A program made the position numbers and the translations under genes. DNA of 51,019 nt, taken from Sphingomonadales bacterium. GTDB lineage: Bacteria > Pseudomonadota > Alphaproteobacteria > Sphingomonadales > Sphingomonadaceae. The stretch is from contig JANPIQ010000379.1 in assembly GCA_031425075.1 (NCBI GenBank), forward strand, positions 1 through 51,019, read 5' to 3'. The notes under the pieces were generated by a model. The model made no database searches. It was not told the origin of the DNA and worked only from the letters and a program-made list of their open reading frames with translations. Positions within the stretch are counted from its first letter, which is position 1. Every line of letters starts with the position of its first letter. Shown here piece after piece: positions 42,230 to 51,019 of the stretch.

Positions 42230-43425
42230 GCGACTTGTTTTCGAAGTTCGACAGTCTGATCGAACAAAAGGCCGCCCTCCTTGCTGCCGGATCGCGCGAT
42301 CCGATCGGCGTGGTGATGGACCAGGTGACATCGCCGACACAGGCCGTGATCGCGGGCAAGGAGACGATCCTGCTAGGCACCTATAATTATATGGGGATGA
42401 CATTCGACGCGGACGTCATTGCGGCAGGTGTCGAAGCGATGCAGACCTATGGCAGCGGCACCAATGGCAGCCGTTGCCTCAATGGCACTTTTACCGGCCA
42501 TGCCGATGCCGAAGAGGCATTGAAGGAATTTTACGGCACCCGGTCCGCGATGATATTTTCGACCGGATACCAGGCCAATCTGGGGTTCGTATCGACGATT
42601 GCGGGCAAGGGCGATTACATCGTCCTCGATGCCGACAGCCATGCGTCGATCTATGACGGCTGTTTTCTGGGCAATGCCGAAGTGGTGCGGTTCCGCCATA
42701 ATTCGGTCGAGGATCTCGAAAAGCGGCTCGGCCGCCTGCCTGCCGATGCGCACAAGCTGGTGATCCTCGAAGGCGTTTATTCGATGCTCGGCGATGTCGC
42801 ACCGCTTGCCGAAATGGTCGCAGTCGCCAAAAAGGCAGACGCGATGGTGCTGGTTGACGAAGCGCATTCGATGGGCTTTTTCGGCGAAAATGGCCGCGGC
42901 GTTTATGAGGAACTCGGGCTCGGCGGTCAGGTCGATTTCGTCGTCGGCACGTTTTCGAAAAGCGTTGGCACGGTGGGCGGGTTCGTGGTTTCGGACCATC
43001 CAAGTTTCGAGATTTTGCGGCTGGTCTGCCGGCCCTATGTCTACACCGCATCGCTGCCGCCAAGCGTTGTCGCAACGGCAGCGACGTCGATCCGCAAGCT
43101 GATGCACGCGCACGACAAGCGCGCCCGGCTGTGGGACAATATCCGCCAGTTCCATGGTGGCATGAGCGCGCTCGGCTTCCGGCTCGGTACCGACACGCCT
43201 CAAAGCGGGATCGTGTCGGTGCTGCTTGGTGATCAGGATCAGGCCATCGCGATCTGGAACATGATGCTCGAACTCGGTGTCTATGTGAACGTCGCGCGGC
43301 CGCCTGCGACCCCTGCAGGCGTGTTCCTGCTGCGCTGTTCGCTGTCAGCCGAACATACAAGTGCGCAAATCGCGACCGTGCTCGAAAAATTCGAAGCGGC
43401 GGGCCGCGCAGTTGGCGCGATCTGA
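42226..43425 (+). CDS. spt: Serine palmitoyltransferase (AOS family PLP enzyme)
   Basis: LGTYNYMG, GSR.LNG, STGYQAN, SHASI, DEAHS and GTFSKS PLP-Lys motif; coupled ACP upstream. Confidence 0.9.
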   Translation: MSDLFSKFDSLIEQKAALLAAGSRDPIGVVMDQVTSPTQAVIAGKETILLGTYNYMGMTFDADVIAAGVEAMQTYGSGTNGSRCLNGTFTGHADAEEALKEFYGTRSAMIFSTGYQANLGFVSTIAGKGDYIVLDADSHASIYDGCFLGNAEVVRFRHNSVEDLEKRLGRLPADAHKLVILEGVYSMLGDVAPLAEMVAVAKKADAMVLVDEAHSMGFFGENGRGVYEELGLGGQVDFVVGTFSKSVGTVGGFVVSDHPSFEILRLVCRPYVYTASLPPSVVATAATSIRKLMHAHDKRARLWDNIRQFHGGMSALGFRLGTDTPQSGIVSVLLGDQDQAIAIWNMMLELGVYVNVARPPATPAGVFLLRCSLSAEHTSAQIATVLEKFEAAGRAVGAI

Positions 43426-43626
43426 GGCGCTGCGCGGACCGGATTAGCCAGGGCTAATCCGCACACGCGCAAGCCCGGCCGACGACCCGCAGGTGTTGAT
43501 CGACGGCGCGGCTAAGCCGCGTCGGGCAGTGTACGTTGTATGTCGCGCAGGGGCGAGGATCCTCAATCGCGGTCTTTGCGCCTTTGCGCGAACTCTTACC
43601 GTGTCACTACCAGCGCCACATCATGC

Positions 43627-44880
43627 CTAAAGCGTCCAATAGCTCAACAACGCATCGCGCGCTGAATTCGGCCAGATCCGTTTGAGATCGGCGAGCAATC
43701 CGCCCTGTTTCAGGAGGGGTACCGGATCGAGCATTGCATAGTCGCGATGCGCCACTGCACCCACCACAACGTCATACTGCGCCGCCAGCGCGAGCGGATC
43801 GATCGTCAGCCCATACTCGTGCCGCGCTTCATCGGGATCGGCGAGCGGGTCATGAACGGTCACCCGGTGACCCAGCCATTCAAGGCGCGCAATGACGTCT
43901 GCGACTTTGGAATTGCGTAGGTCGGGGACGTTTTCCTTGAACGTCAGCCCGAGCACCAGGATATCGCTTTGCACGCTGCTACGGCGTTCATGAATGCGGT
44001 CGGCAACCCAGCTCCCCATCGTGTCGTTGATCGCGCGCCCTGCCAGAATCACTTCGGGATGATGGCCCAGCCGCTCGGCACATTCGCTGAGATAATAGGG
44101 ATCGACCCCGATACAGTGGCCGCCGACAAGGCCTGGAGTGAACGGCAGGAAGTTCCACTTGGTCCGCGCCGCATCGAGCACGTCCCAGATCGACAGGTCA
44201 AGTTTTGCGAAAATCTGCGTCACTTCGTTCATGAAGGCGATGTTGATATCGCGCTGCGCGTTTTCGATGACCTTGGCGGCTTCAGCCGCCTTGATCGATG
44301 CCGCCCGGAACACGCCGCCAGTCGTGACCGCGCCATAGATCGTCGCGAGCGTTTCGGTGACTTCGGCACTCTCTCCGGCAATCACCTTGGTGATTTTATC
44401 GACCGTGTGTTCGCGATCACCGGGATTGATCCGTTCGGGCGAATAGCCGAGCGTGAAATCGCGCCCGCGTGTCAATCCGGCCAGTTCCGCAATCATCGGG
44501 CCGCAGATGTCCTCGGTCACTCCCGGATAGACGGTGCTTTCGTAGACGATCACCGGAACGCGCGCCGGGTCGATCATCCTTGCGACCATCGTCGTCGCGC
44601 CGATTACAGGGCCCAGATCGGGCCGGTTGGCCGCATCAATCGGGGTCGGGACGGTGACAATATAGGCATCGGCGGGCGGGCAATCAGCGGCACTTGTCGT
44701 CACGCGAAGCGTCGAGGCCTCTAGCTGATCACGGTCGATTTCGTCGGTGCGGTCGAACCCGCTTTGAAGCTCGGCAATCCGCGCGGCATTTATGTCGAGC
44801 CCCCAGGTCTCGAAATGTTTCGCCAGCTGCACCGCAAGCGGCAGCCCGACATAGCCCAGCCCGATGACTACGATACGCAT
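43627..44880 (-). CDS. Nucleotide-sugar dehydrogenase (WbpO/TviB-like UDP-HexNAc 6-dehydrogenase)
   Basis: GLGYVG, YESTVYPG, SPERINPG, GGHCIGVDPYYL and TFKENVPD.RNS. Confidence 0.9.
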   Translation of the reverse strand: MRIVVIGLGYVGLPLAVQLAKHFETWGLDINAARIAELQSGFDRTDEIDRDQLEASTLRVTTSAADCPPADAYIVTVPTPIDAANRPDLGPVIGATTMVARMIDPARVPVIVYESTVYPGVTEDICGPMIAELAGLTRGRDFTLGYSPERINPGDREHTVDKITKVIAGESAEVTETLATIYGAVTTGGVFRAASIKAAEAAKVIENAQRDINIAFMNEVTQIFAKLDLSIWDVLDAARTKWNFLPFTPGLVGGHCIGVDPYYLSECAERLGHHPEVILAGRAINDTMGSWVADRIHERRSSVQSDILVLGLTFKENVPDLRNSKVADVIARLEWLGHRVTVHDPLADPDEARHEYGLTIDPLALAAQYDVVVGAVAHRDYAMLDPVPLLKQGGLLADLKRIWPNSARDALLSYWTL

Positions 44881-44885
44881 GTCAG

Positions 44886-45881
44886 TCACACCCCATGATA
44901 CCGCCGATACCAGTCGACAAAGCGTGGCACGCCGTCGGCGATTGTCGTGGCGGGGGCAAAACCGAGATCGCCCGCGATCGCGTCGATATCGGCATAGGTT
45001 TCCTTGACATCGCCGGGCTGCATGGGGAGCAGATTGCGTTCGGCTTTCCGCCCGCATGCGGCTTCGATCAGCGCGATCATGTCCTCAAGCGCTTCGGACC
45101 GATGGTTGCCGATATTGTAAAGCCGGTGCGGGCCGACGCTGCCGCCTGCCTTCACCGCGCCATCGTCTGGCGGCGGATTGTCCATGCACGCGACGACGCC
45201 CGATACGATATCATCGATATAGGTGAAATCGCGCCGCATATCGCCGCTGTTGAACACGTTGATCGGATGGCCTTCCAGGATTGCCTTGGTGAACAGCCAC
45301 ATCGCCATATCGGGCCGCCCCCATGGGCCGTAAACAGTGAAGAAGCGCAACCCTGTCACCGGCAGCCGATAGAGATGCGCGTACGTCTCACTCATCAGCT
45401 CGTCGGCTTTCTTGGTCGCGGCATAGAGCGACAGTGGATGATCGACGCGATCCTCGACCCGGAATGGCAAAGTGTCGTTGCCGCCATAGACCGATGACGA
45501 TGAGGCATAGACCATTGGCACCTGCCGTCCGCGTGCCACTTCGAGCAGGTTGAGATGGCCGACTAGGTTCGACTGGACATAAGCGCGCGGATTTTCGAGC
45601 GAATAGCGTACGCCTGCCTGTGCGCCCAGATGCGCGATCCGGTCGAACCCGTGCGGGGCAAGCGCCGCATCGAGCGCGACGTGATCGGCAAAATCAACCT
45701 CGATGAAACTGAAGCCATTGCCGTGGCGGGCCTTCAGATCGGCGATCCGATCGCGCTTGAGCTGCGGACTGTAATAATCGTTGAGGTTATCGATGCCGAT
45801 CACCGGCTCGCCTGAATCGAGAAGGCGGTTTGCCAGATGAAAGCCGATAAACCCGGCGGCTCCGGTGATGAGACTTGTCAC
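44886..45881 (-). CDS. UDP-glucuronate 4-epimerase-like SDR
   Basis: TGAAGFIG, DNLNDYY, AQAGVRYS, YAATKKA, RFFTVYGPWGRPDMA and MQPGDV; GTG start. Confidence 0.9.
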   Translation of the reverse strand: MTSLITGAAGFIGFHLANRLLDSGEPVIGIDNLNDYYSPQLKRDRIADLKARHGNGFSFIEVDFADHVALDAALAPHGFDRIAHLGAQAGVRYSLENPRAYVQSNLVGHLNLLEVARGRQVPMVYASSSSVYGGNDTLPFRVEDRVDHPLSLYAATKKADELMSETYAHLYRLPVTGLRFFTVYGPWGRPDMAMWLFTKAILEGHPINVFNSGDMRRDFTYIDDIVSGVVACMDNPPPDDGAVKAGGSVGPHRLYNIGNHRSEALEDMIALIEAACGRKAERNLLPMQPGDVKETYADIDAIAGDLGFAPATTIADGVPRFVDWYRRYHGV

Positions 45882-46011
45882 GAACACGAAGCTCCCGAGG
45901 TGCAATGGCGCGCCTAGCTGCTTATCGGGCGCGTCTCAAGATGAGGTAAACGGGTTGCGAATGGCCGCAATGCTCCCCATTTGCAGATTGACACCATCGA
46001 GGATCAAAACG

Positions 46012-46287
46012 ATGCAAACTGAAAACCGTTTCTTTGCCGACCTTTCGAAGCTGGTTAACGGTGCCGCCGGAACGCTGGCAGGCGTGGGGCGTGAAGCCGA
46101 ATCCGCAACGCGCGAACGCGCGCGCGAATGGATCGGCGGGCTCGATTTTGTGTCTCGCGACGAGTTCGAGGCGGTCAAGGCGATGGCAGCGGCCGCACGC
46201 GATGAAGCCGATGCGCTCAGGCTTCGGCTCGATGCCCTCGAAGCCCAGGCGAACAAAACGGCCCAAACACCAAAGATTGAAGGTTAA
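46012..46287 (+). CDS. ubiK: Accessory factor UbiK (BMFP) family
   Basis: LDFVSRDEFEAVK...L..RLDALE coiled coil; GAGGA SD. Confidence 0.82.
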   Translation: MQTENRFFADLSKLVNGAAGTLAGVGREAESATRERAREWIGGLDFVSRDEFEAVKAMAAAARDEADALRLRLDALEAQANKTAQTPKIEG

Positions 46288-46349
46288 TCCACAGCTTTGT
46301 TGCACCAAGTCTTGATGCTGCAGGGCATTCCAGCGCAAGATGCAGTGGC

Positions 46350-46859
46350 ATGACGTACGACGAACTGACCCAGGACGATGATGGCGCGTCGCCGATCGAC
46401 ACGCTTGAATCATGGTATGACGCGCATGGCTGGTCGCACGAACGGCTGGGCGATGATGAAATCGTCGCAGCGTGCGATGGTAGCTGGGGTCCTTATGAAT
46501 TGCGCGGCGTCTGGCGCGATGACGATCGCGTGCTGCAGTTCATCGGCTTTCCCGATATTAAGATTCCCGATGGTCAGTTCGGCGCGATCTACGAAACGAT
46601 CGGGTTGATCAACGAACAGCTCTGGCTTGGACATTTCGAACTCTGGTCGGCTGGAGGCGCGGTGGTCTTTCGCCACGCCGCGTTGCTCGACGGTGTCGAC
46701 GAACCCAGCCTCACGCTCGATCAGGCCGATGCGCTGATCGATGCCGCAGTTGGCGAAATCGACCGGTTCTATCCGGTTTTTCAGTTCGTGTTGTGGGGCG
46801 GCAAGACGCCTGCCGAAGCGATTGCGGCTGCCATGGTCGAAACGCAGGGCGAGGCGTGA
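46350..46859 (+). CDS. YbjN-domain protein
   Basis: Acidic 169 aa with INEQLWLGHFELW and FYPVFQFVLWGGK; usual position upstream of proC. Confidence 0.8.
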   Translation: MTYDELTQDDDGASPIDTLESWYDAHGWSHERLGDDEIVAACDGSWGPYELRGVWRDDDRVLQFIGFPDIKIPDGQFGAIYETIGLINEQLWLGHFELWSAGGAVVFRHAALLDGVDEPSLTLDQADALIDAAVGEIDRFYPVFQFVLWGGKTPAEAIAAAMVETQGEA

Positions 46860-47662
46860 GCGATTCCGGCGCCGCGGCGCGGGCGTTCTGGCTGATCGGA
46901 TGCGGGAACATGGGCGGCGCCATGCTGCGCGGCTGGATCGCGAGCGGGCTGACGCCTTCTCGATTTCTCGTTGTCGACCCTGCAAGACCTCCACTCCCTG
47001 AGGGCGTCGCATGGCTGGCCGATGCCCCTGAAGGGCAGCCTGAAACGATGCTGCTTGCGATCAAGCCGCAGAGTTTTCGGGGCGTTGCGCCCAGCCTGGC
47101 ACCTCTTATCGGACGGCGAACGACATTGCTTTCGATCCTCGCGGGCGTCGAGATTTCGACACTCAAAGCGGCGTTCGCTGGTGCCGGCAGCATTGTCCGC
47201 GTGATGCCCAATACGCCCGCTGCGATCGGCAAGGGCGTGCTTGCGCTTCATGGTGCTGAAGATGCTGCGACTACTGCGCTGATGGCGCGGCTGGGGTTGG
47301 CCGAATGGATTGCCGATGAAGCGCTGTTCGATGCGGTGACAGCACTGTCGGGTTCGGGGCCAGCGTTCGTTTACCGCTTCATCGATGCGCTGGCAGCAGG
47401 CGGGGCGGCCCTTGGGCTGTCTGCCGATCAGGCGCTGCGGCTGGCAACCGCGACGGTCGAGGGAGCGGCGCTGCTTGCGGCAGCATCAGATGAAACCCCC
47501 GGAGTGCTCGCCGATCGCGTGGCGAGCCCCGGCGGGTCGACGCGCGAAGGATTGGATGTGCTCGACACAGACTCCGCGCTCATGCGGCTGATGGCCGACA
47601 CGCTCAGGGCGGCAACAAAGCGCAATTCCGATCTGGCGGTTGCAGCACGGGGCGCTGATTGA
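46856..47662 (+). CDS. proC: Pyrroline-5-carboxylate reductase
   Basis: GCGNMG, IKPQ, RVMPNTP, TALSGSGPA and VASPGGST. Confidence 0.96.
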   Translation: MSDSGAAARAFWLIGCGNMGGAMLRGWIASGLTPSRFLVVDPARPPLPEGVAWLADAPEGQPETMLLAIKPQSFRGVAPSLAPLIGRRTTLLSILAGVEISTLKAAFAGAGSIVRVMPNTPAAIGKGVLALHGAEDAATTALMARLGLAEWIADEALFDAVTALSGSGPAFVYRFIDALAAGGAALGLSADQALRLATATVEGAALLAAASDETPGVLADRVASPGGSTREGLDVLDTDSALMRLMADTLRAATKRNSDLAVAARGAD

Positions 47663-47687
47663 CCTTTGACAGGGTGCCGCTTAACCG
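47659..47687 (+). promoter_or_regulatory. Putative sigma70 promoter, leaderless ilvE
   Basis: TTGACC-N17-TAACCG, 7 nt before ATG 47695. Confidence 0.58.
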
Positions 47688-47694
47688 CAACGCC

Positions 47695-48774
47695 ATGCTC
47701 GATTTCGCGACCGCCCCCCACCCTTGCCCTGTTGCGCTCGATACGCGGACCGCAGCTATCACCGATCCCGGCTTTGGCAAGGCGTTCACCGATCATATGG
47801 TGACGATCGCGTGGAGCGAGGACAAGGGCTGGCATGATGCGAAGATCGGTCCGCGCGGCCCCATCGCGCTGGATCCCGCGGCCGCCGTCCTCCATTATGC
47901 GCAAGAGATTTTCGAAGGGCTGAAGGCATACCGGCTCGAAGATGGCGCAATGGCGCTGTTCCGTCCCGATGCCAATGCGCGGCGTTTCAATGCCTCCGCA
48001 AAGCGGCTGGCGATGCCCGAACTGCCCGAGGACGTCTTTGTGGCGGCGTGTAGAACGTTGATCAAAACCGACCGTGACTGGTTTCCATCGGTCGAAGGCG
48101 GATCGCTTTATCTCCGCCCCTTCATGATCGCGACCGAGGCGTTCCTCGGCGTGCGGCCCTCGAAGGAATATCTTTTCGTCGTCATCGCGGTGGCAAGCGG
48201 CAATTATTTTAAGAGCGGTGCACAGGCAGTCTCGCTCTGGGTGTCGCAGGATTACACGCGTGCAGCACGCGGCGGCACCGGCGCGGCAAAATGCGGCGGC
48301 AATTATGCAGCGAGCCTTGTGCCGACCGGCGAGGCAATGACTTTGGGCCATGACCAGGTCATCTTTCTCGATTCGGTCGAACGCCGCTGGATCGAGGAAC
48401 TGGGCGGGATGAACATCTTCTTCGTTTTCGACGATGGCAGCATCCAGACGCCACCGCTTTCGGACACCATCCTCCATGGCGTGACGCGTGACAGCATCAT
48501 TGCGCTTGCCCGCGAGGAAGGCCTGGCGGTTCGCGAAGAACCCTATGCGATCGACCAGTGGCAGGCCAACGCTGCGAGCGGACGTCTGGTCGAGGCCTTT
48601 GCCTGCGGGACAGCAGCGGTTGTAGCCCCAATCGGCAAGGTCTCCTCGCCCGATTTCAGCTTCACCATCGGCGCTGGCGGGCCGGGGCAATTGACGCAGA
48701 GCCTGAAGGCCCGGCTGGTCGCAATCCAGCGTGGCGCGGCACCCGATCCGCACGGCTGGGTGATGCGGGTTTAG
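47695..48774 (+). CDS. ilvE: Branched-chain amino acid aminotransferase
   Basis: FTDHM, LHYAQEIFEGLKAY, YLRPF, AKCGGNY, ILHGVTRDS and GTAAVV. Confidence 0.95.
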   Translation: MLDFATAPHPCPVALDTRTAAITDPGFGKAFTDHMVTIAWSEDKGWHDAKIGPRGPIALDPAAAVLHYAQEIFEGLKAYRLEDGAMALFRPDANARRFNASAKRLAMPELPEDVFVAACRTLIKTDRDWFPSVEGGSLYLRPFMIATEAFLGVRPSKEYLFVVIAVASGNYFKSGAQAVSLWVSQDYTRAARGGTGAAKCGGNYAASLVPTGEAMTLGHDQVIFLDSVERRWIEELGGMNIFFVFDDGSIQTPPLSDTILHGVTRDSIIALAREEGLAVREEPYAIDQWQANAASGRLVEAFACGTAAVVAPIGKVSSPDFSFTIGAGGPGQLTQSLKARLVAIQRGAAPDPHGWVMRV

Positions 48775-48785
48775 CTGCCCGAGGG

Positions 48786-48923
48786 CCCCTCCCCCAGCTG
48801 GGAAGGGGGACCAATGAAGCTGGTGGAGGGTCAACCGCTGGATCGAACGCCGCCATTGATGCACGCTCCCCACCTGCCCCACCACCAGCCTACAGAAGGT
48901 CCCCCTGCCCGTGCCAGGGAGGA
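48786..48923. repeat. Family-A intergenic palindrome (degenerate copy)
   Basis: GGGAAGGGGGACC...TGGTGGAGGG...CCCCACCACCA...GGTCCCCCTGCCC...GGGAGGA, same order as 30181-30330. Confidence 0.75.
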
Positions 48924-48928
48924 CCGAA

Positions 48929-49438
48929 TCACCGCACAGTAATGCTCACCGCGCGGCGGTTGCGCGCCCAGCTCGCTTCGTCCGAACCCAACGCATCGGG
49001 GCGCTCCTTGCCATAGCTGATCGTCGAAATCCGCGAAGCATCGACACCCAATGACGCCAGCGCATTTTTTGCTGAATTGGCGCGGCGCTCGCCCAATGCG
49101 AGATTATATTCGCGCGTCCCGCGCTCGTCGGCATGGCCTTCGATTGTGACGCGAACCTGTGGATAGCGCGCCAGCCATTGCGCCTGGCTTTGCAGTGTGG
49201 CCTGATCCTCTGCATCGACATCGAAGCGGTCGGTATCGAAATAGATGCGATCCGAGGAAATCGACGTGACGAAATCTTCCTGACTGCCCGGCGCGGCTGT
49301 GCCAAGTCCTGTAGCACCGCTGGTGTCTGATGGATTGGTGCCAACAGGTTCTGGCGGCAGATCGACGCGCTTTTTGGCGCAGGCCGATAGCGCCAGCAGC
49401 GTGATAGCAGCGCTCAGAAGAATCTTCCGGTTTGTCAT
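48929..49438 (-). CDS. pal: Peptidoglycan-associated lipoprotein Pal
   Basis: Lipobox LSAC, EGHADERGTREYNLALGERRA and SYGKERP. Confidence 0.97.
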   Translation of the reverse strand: MTNRKILLSAAITLLALSACAKKRVDLPPEPVGTNPSDTSGATGLGTAAPGSQEDFVTSISSDRIYFDTDRFDVDAEDQATLQSQAQWLARYPQVRVTIEGHADERGTREYNLALGERRANSAKNALASLGVDASRISTISYGKERPDALGSDEASWARNRRAVSITVR

Positions 49439-49453
49439 ACAGCACTCCTTACG

Positions 49454-50770
49454 TCAGGGGAGAATAGGGCCCCAGGCGGGATCGGATCCCTCCTGCGGCG
49501 TGGGAATGCGCCGTTCATTGACCCCCGTCAAATCAACCTGCCAGACGGCGGACTTGCCACTCCTGCCCTGACTCGTCCGGAAAAACTGGATGACGCGGCC
49601 ATTGGGGGACCATGTCGGCTGTTCATCCTGCCAGCTGTCGGTAAGCAGTCGTTCGCTGCCGCCACCGGGGTTCATCACCCCGATGCGGAAATTGCCGGCA
49701 ATCTTGGTGAATGCGATCAGATCGCCGCGCGGGCTCCATTCGGGGGTGGCGTAGCGGCCGCCACCCGAGCTGATCCGCTGCTGTCCCGATCCGTCAGCGT
49801 TCATCACATATAGCTGCTGCCCACCCGAACGATCGCTTTCAAACACGATCTTCGATCCATCGGGTGAAAAGCTGCCGCCGATATCGATGCCCGGCGTATT
49901 CGTCAGCCGCCGAGCGGTACCGCCACTTGCGAGGATCGAATAGATATCGGTGTTGCCACCGACCGCCATCGAATAAAGGATCGTCTTTCCATCGGGCGAC
50001 CAGCGCGGCGCAAAGGTGGCATTTGCGCTTTCGGTGACCAGCCTCTGGCGGGCGCTGGCAATATCATAAACGAAGATGCGCGGACGATTGTTGAGGTATG
50101 AGAGATATAAGATCGATTTGTAATCGGGCGAAAAGCGCGGAGTGAGCGCGATCGTTTGCCCATTGGTCAGGAAACGGTGGTTGGCGCCGTCCGAATCCAT
50201 AATCGCCAGCCGCTTGATCCGGGCATTCTTCGGGCCGCTTTCGGCGATATACGCGATCTGGCTGTCGAAAAACGGCTTTTCGCCCGACAGTCGCGAATAA
50301 ATGGCATCGGCGCATTTGTGCGCGGCGCGCCGCCAGTCCCTTGGCGCGATCGCAAAGCCCAGCCGCACCATCTCGGTCTTGAGCGCGGTATCGTAGAGAT
50401 AACAGCCGACGGTCAACTCCTCCGGCCCCGATACGCGGACAAAACCCTGCACCAGCGCCGATGCGCCCATCGCGGTCCAGCCTTCATATTGCGGGCTCGT
50501 CACTTCGCCCATCGCGATCGCGCGGATCCCCCCCGGGCCCGCAGGCTTGAACAGCCCGGTGCCACGCAGATTGGCCGCAATCACTTCGGCAATCATCCGC
50601 CCCAGCGCCTCGGTGGTGCCCGCAGGCGTCGAGGCGCTCTGTGGCGTCGGCATCGCAGGAACCGCGATATTCAGATCGGAACCGCTTTCATCGGTGACGT
50701 CGACCGACAATTGCGCGGCTAGGGGGGCTGATACGAACAGCAGGAGAGTGGCAATCGCACACCGGATCAT
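49454..50770 (-). CDS. tolB: Tol-Pal beta-propeller protein TolB
   Basis: Signal peptide, AIMDSDGAN and repeated P.WSPDG motifs. Confidence 0.96.
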   Translation of the reverse strand: MIRCAIATLLLFVSAPLAAQLSVDVTDESGSDLNIAVPAMPTPQSASTPAGTTEALGRMIAEVIAANLRGTGLFKPAGPGGIRAIAMGEVTSPQYEGWTAMGASALVQGFVRVSGPEELTVGCYLYDTALKTEMVRLGFAIAPRDWRRAAHKCADAIYSRLSGEKPFFDSQIAYIAESGPKNARIKRLAIMDSDGANHRFLTNGQTIALTPRFSPDYKSILYLSYLNNRPRIFVYDIASARQRLVTESANATFAPRWSPDGKTILYSMAVGGNTDIYSILASGGTARRLTNTPGIDIGGSFSPDGSKIVFESDRSGGQQLYVMNADGSGQQRISSGGGRYATPEWSPRGDLIAFTKIAGNFRIGVMNPGGGSERLLTDSWQDEQPTWSPNGRVIQFFRTSQGRSGKSAVWQVDLTGVNERRIPTPQEGSDPAWGPILP

Positions 50771-51019
50771 TGGGACAGCCTTCTATCGAATGTCGGACGG
50801 ATTTCCTTCCACGCATCGTAGAACTGCGCTGGAAGCTGGAAAGGGGCAGCGAGACGAACCGCCTTAATCGCCTGATCGGCATGGAGCCTCGCCTGGGCGC
50901 GGTTTGAGTCGTTGATGCCGGTTTGCTGGACGACACTTGGCGCGCCAGCAAGGCTGCCATCGGGATTGAGCCGGACCGCGACGGTCGTACGCAGCAGCTC
51001 GACATCGGCCCCCGTCGGC
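50767..51019 (-). CDS. tolA: TolA C-terminal part (5' end outside the window)
   Basis: Manual translation ...VRLNPDGSLAGAP...AIKAVRLAAPFQLPAQFYDAWKEI...LSQ*; ATGA overlap with tolB. Confidence 0.8.
   Translation of the reverse strand, partial: PTGADVELLRTTVAVRLNPDGSLAGAPSVVQQTGINDSNRAQARLHADQAIKAVRLAAPFQLPAQFYDAWKEIRPTFDRRLSQ

Overview
GC-rich alphaproteobacterial chromosome segment, most likely Sphingomonadales (acp-spt serine palmitoyltransferase locus, Sphingomonad-style intergenic palindromes). It is mostly core genome: ygfZ (partial), pyrC, M16 peptidase, hslVU, an ABC/MFP/OMF exporter, tRNA-Pro(GGG), recF, gyrB, tonB-exbB-exbD-exbD, topA, wecB, a class III adenylate cyclase, obgE, fhs, proB, acp-spt, nucleotide-sugar genes, ubiK-ybjN-proC-ilvE and tolA(partial)-tolB-pal. 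I see no integrase, transposase, prophage or CRISPR array. The most notable observations are: (1) an orphan Pycsar-effector-like membrane gene between a probable ceramide reductase and acp-spt; (2) a recurring promoter-then-ATG geometry suggesting many leaderless mRNAs, including RpoH- and EcfG-like cases; (3) an orphan 3TM holin with a near-LexA box; (4) several families of REP/MITE-like palindromic elements; (5) small gene blocks interrupting usually adjacent pairs (obgE-proB, recF-gyrB). All family calls come from recognising motifs by eye; no database search was run.
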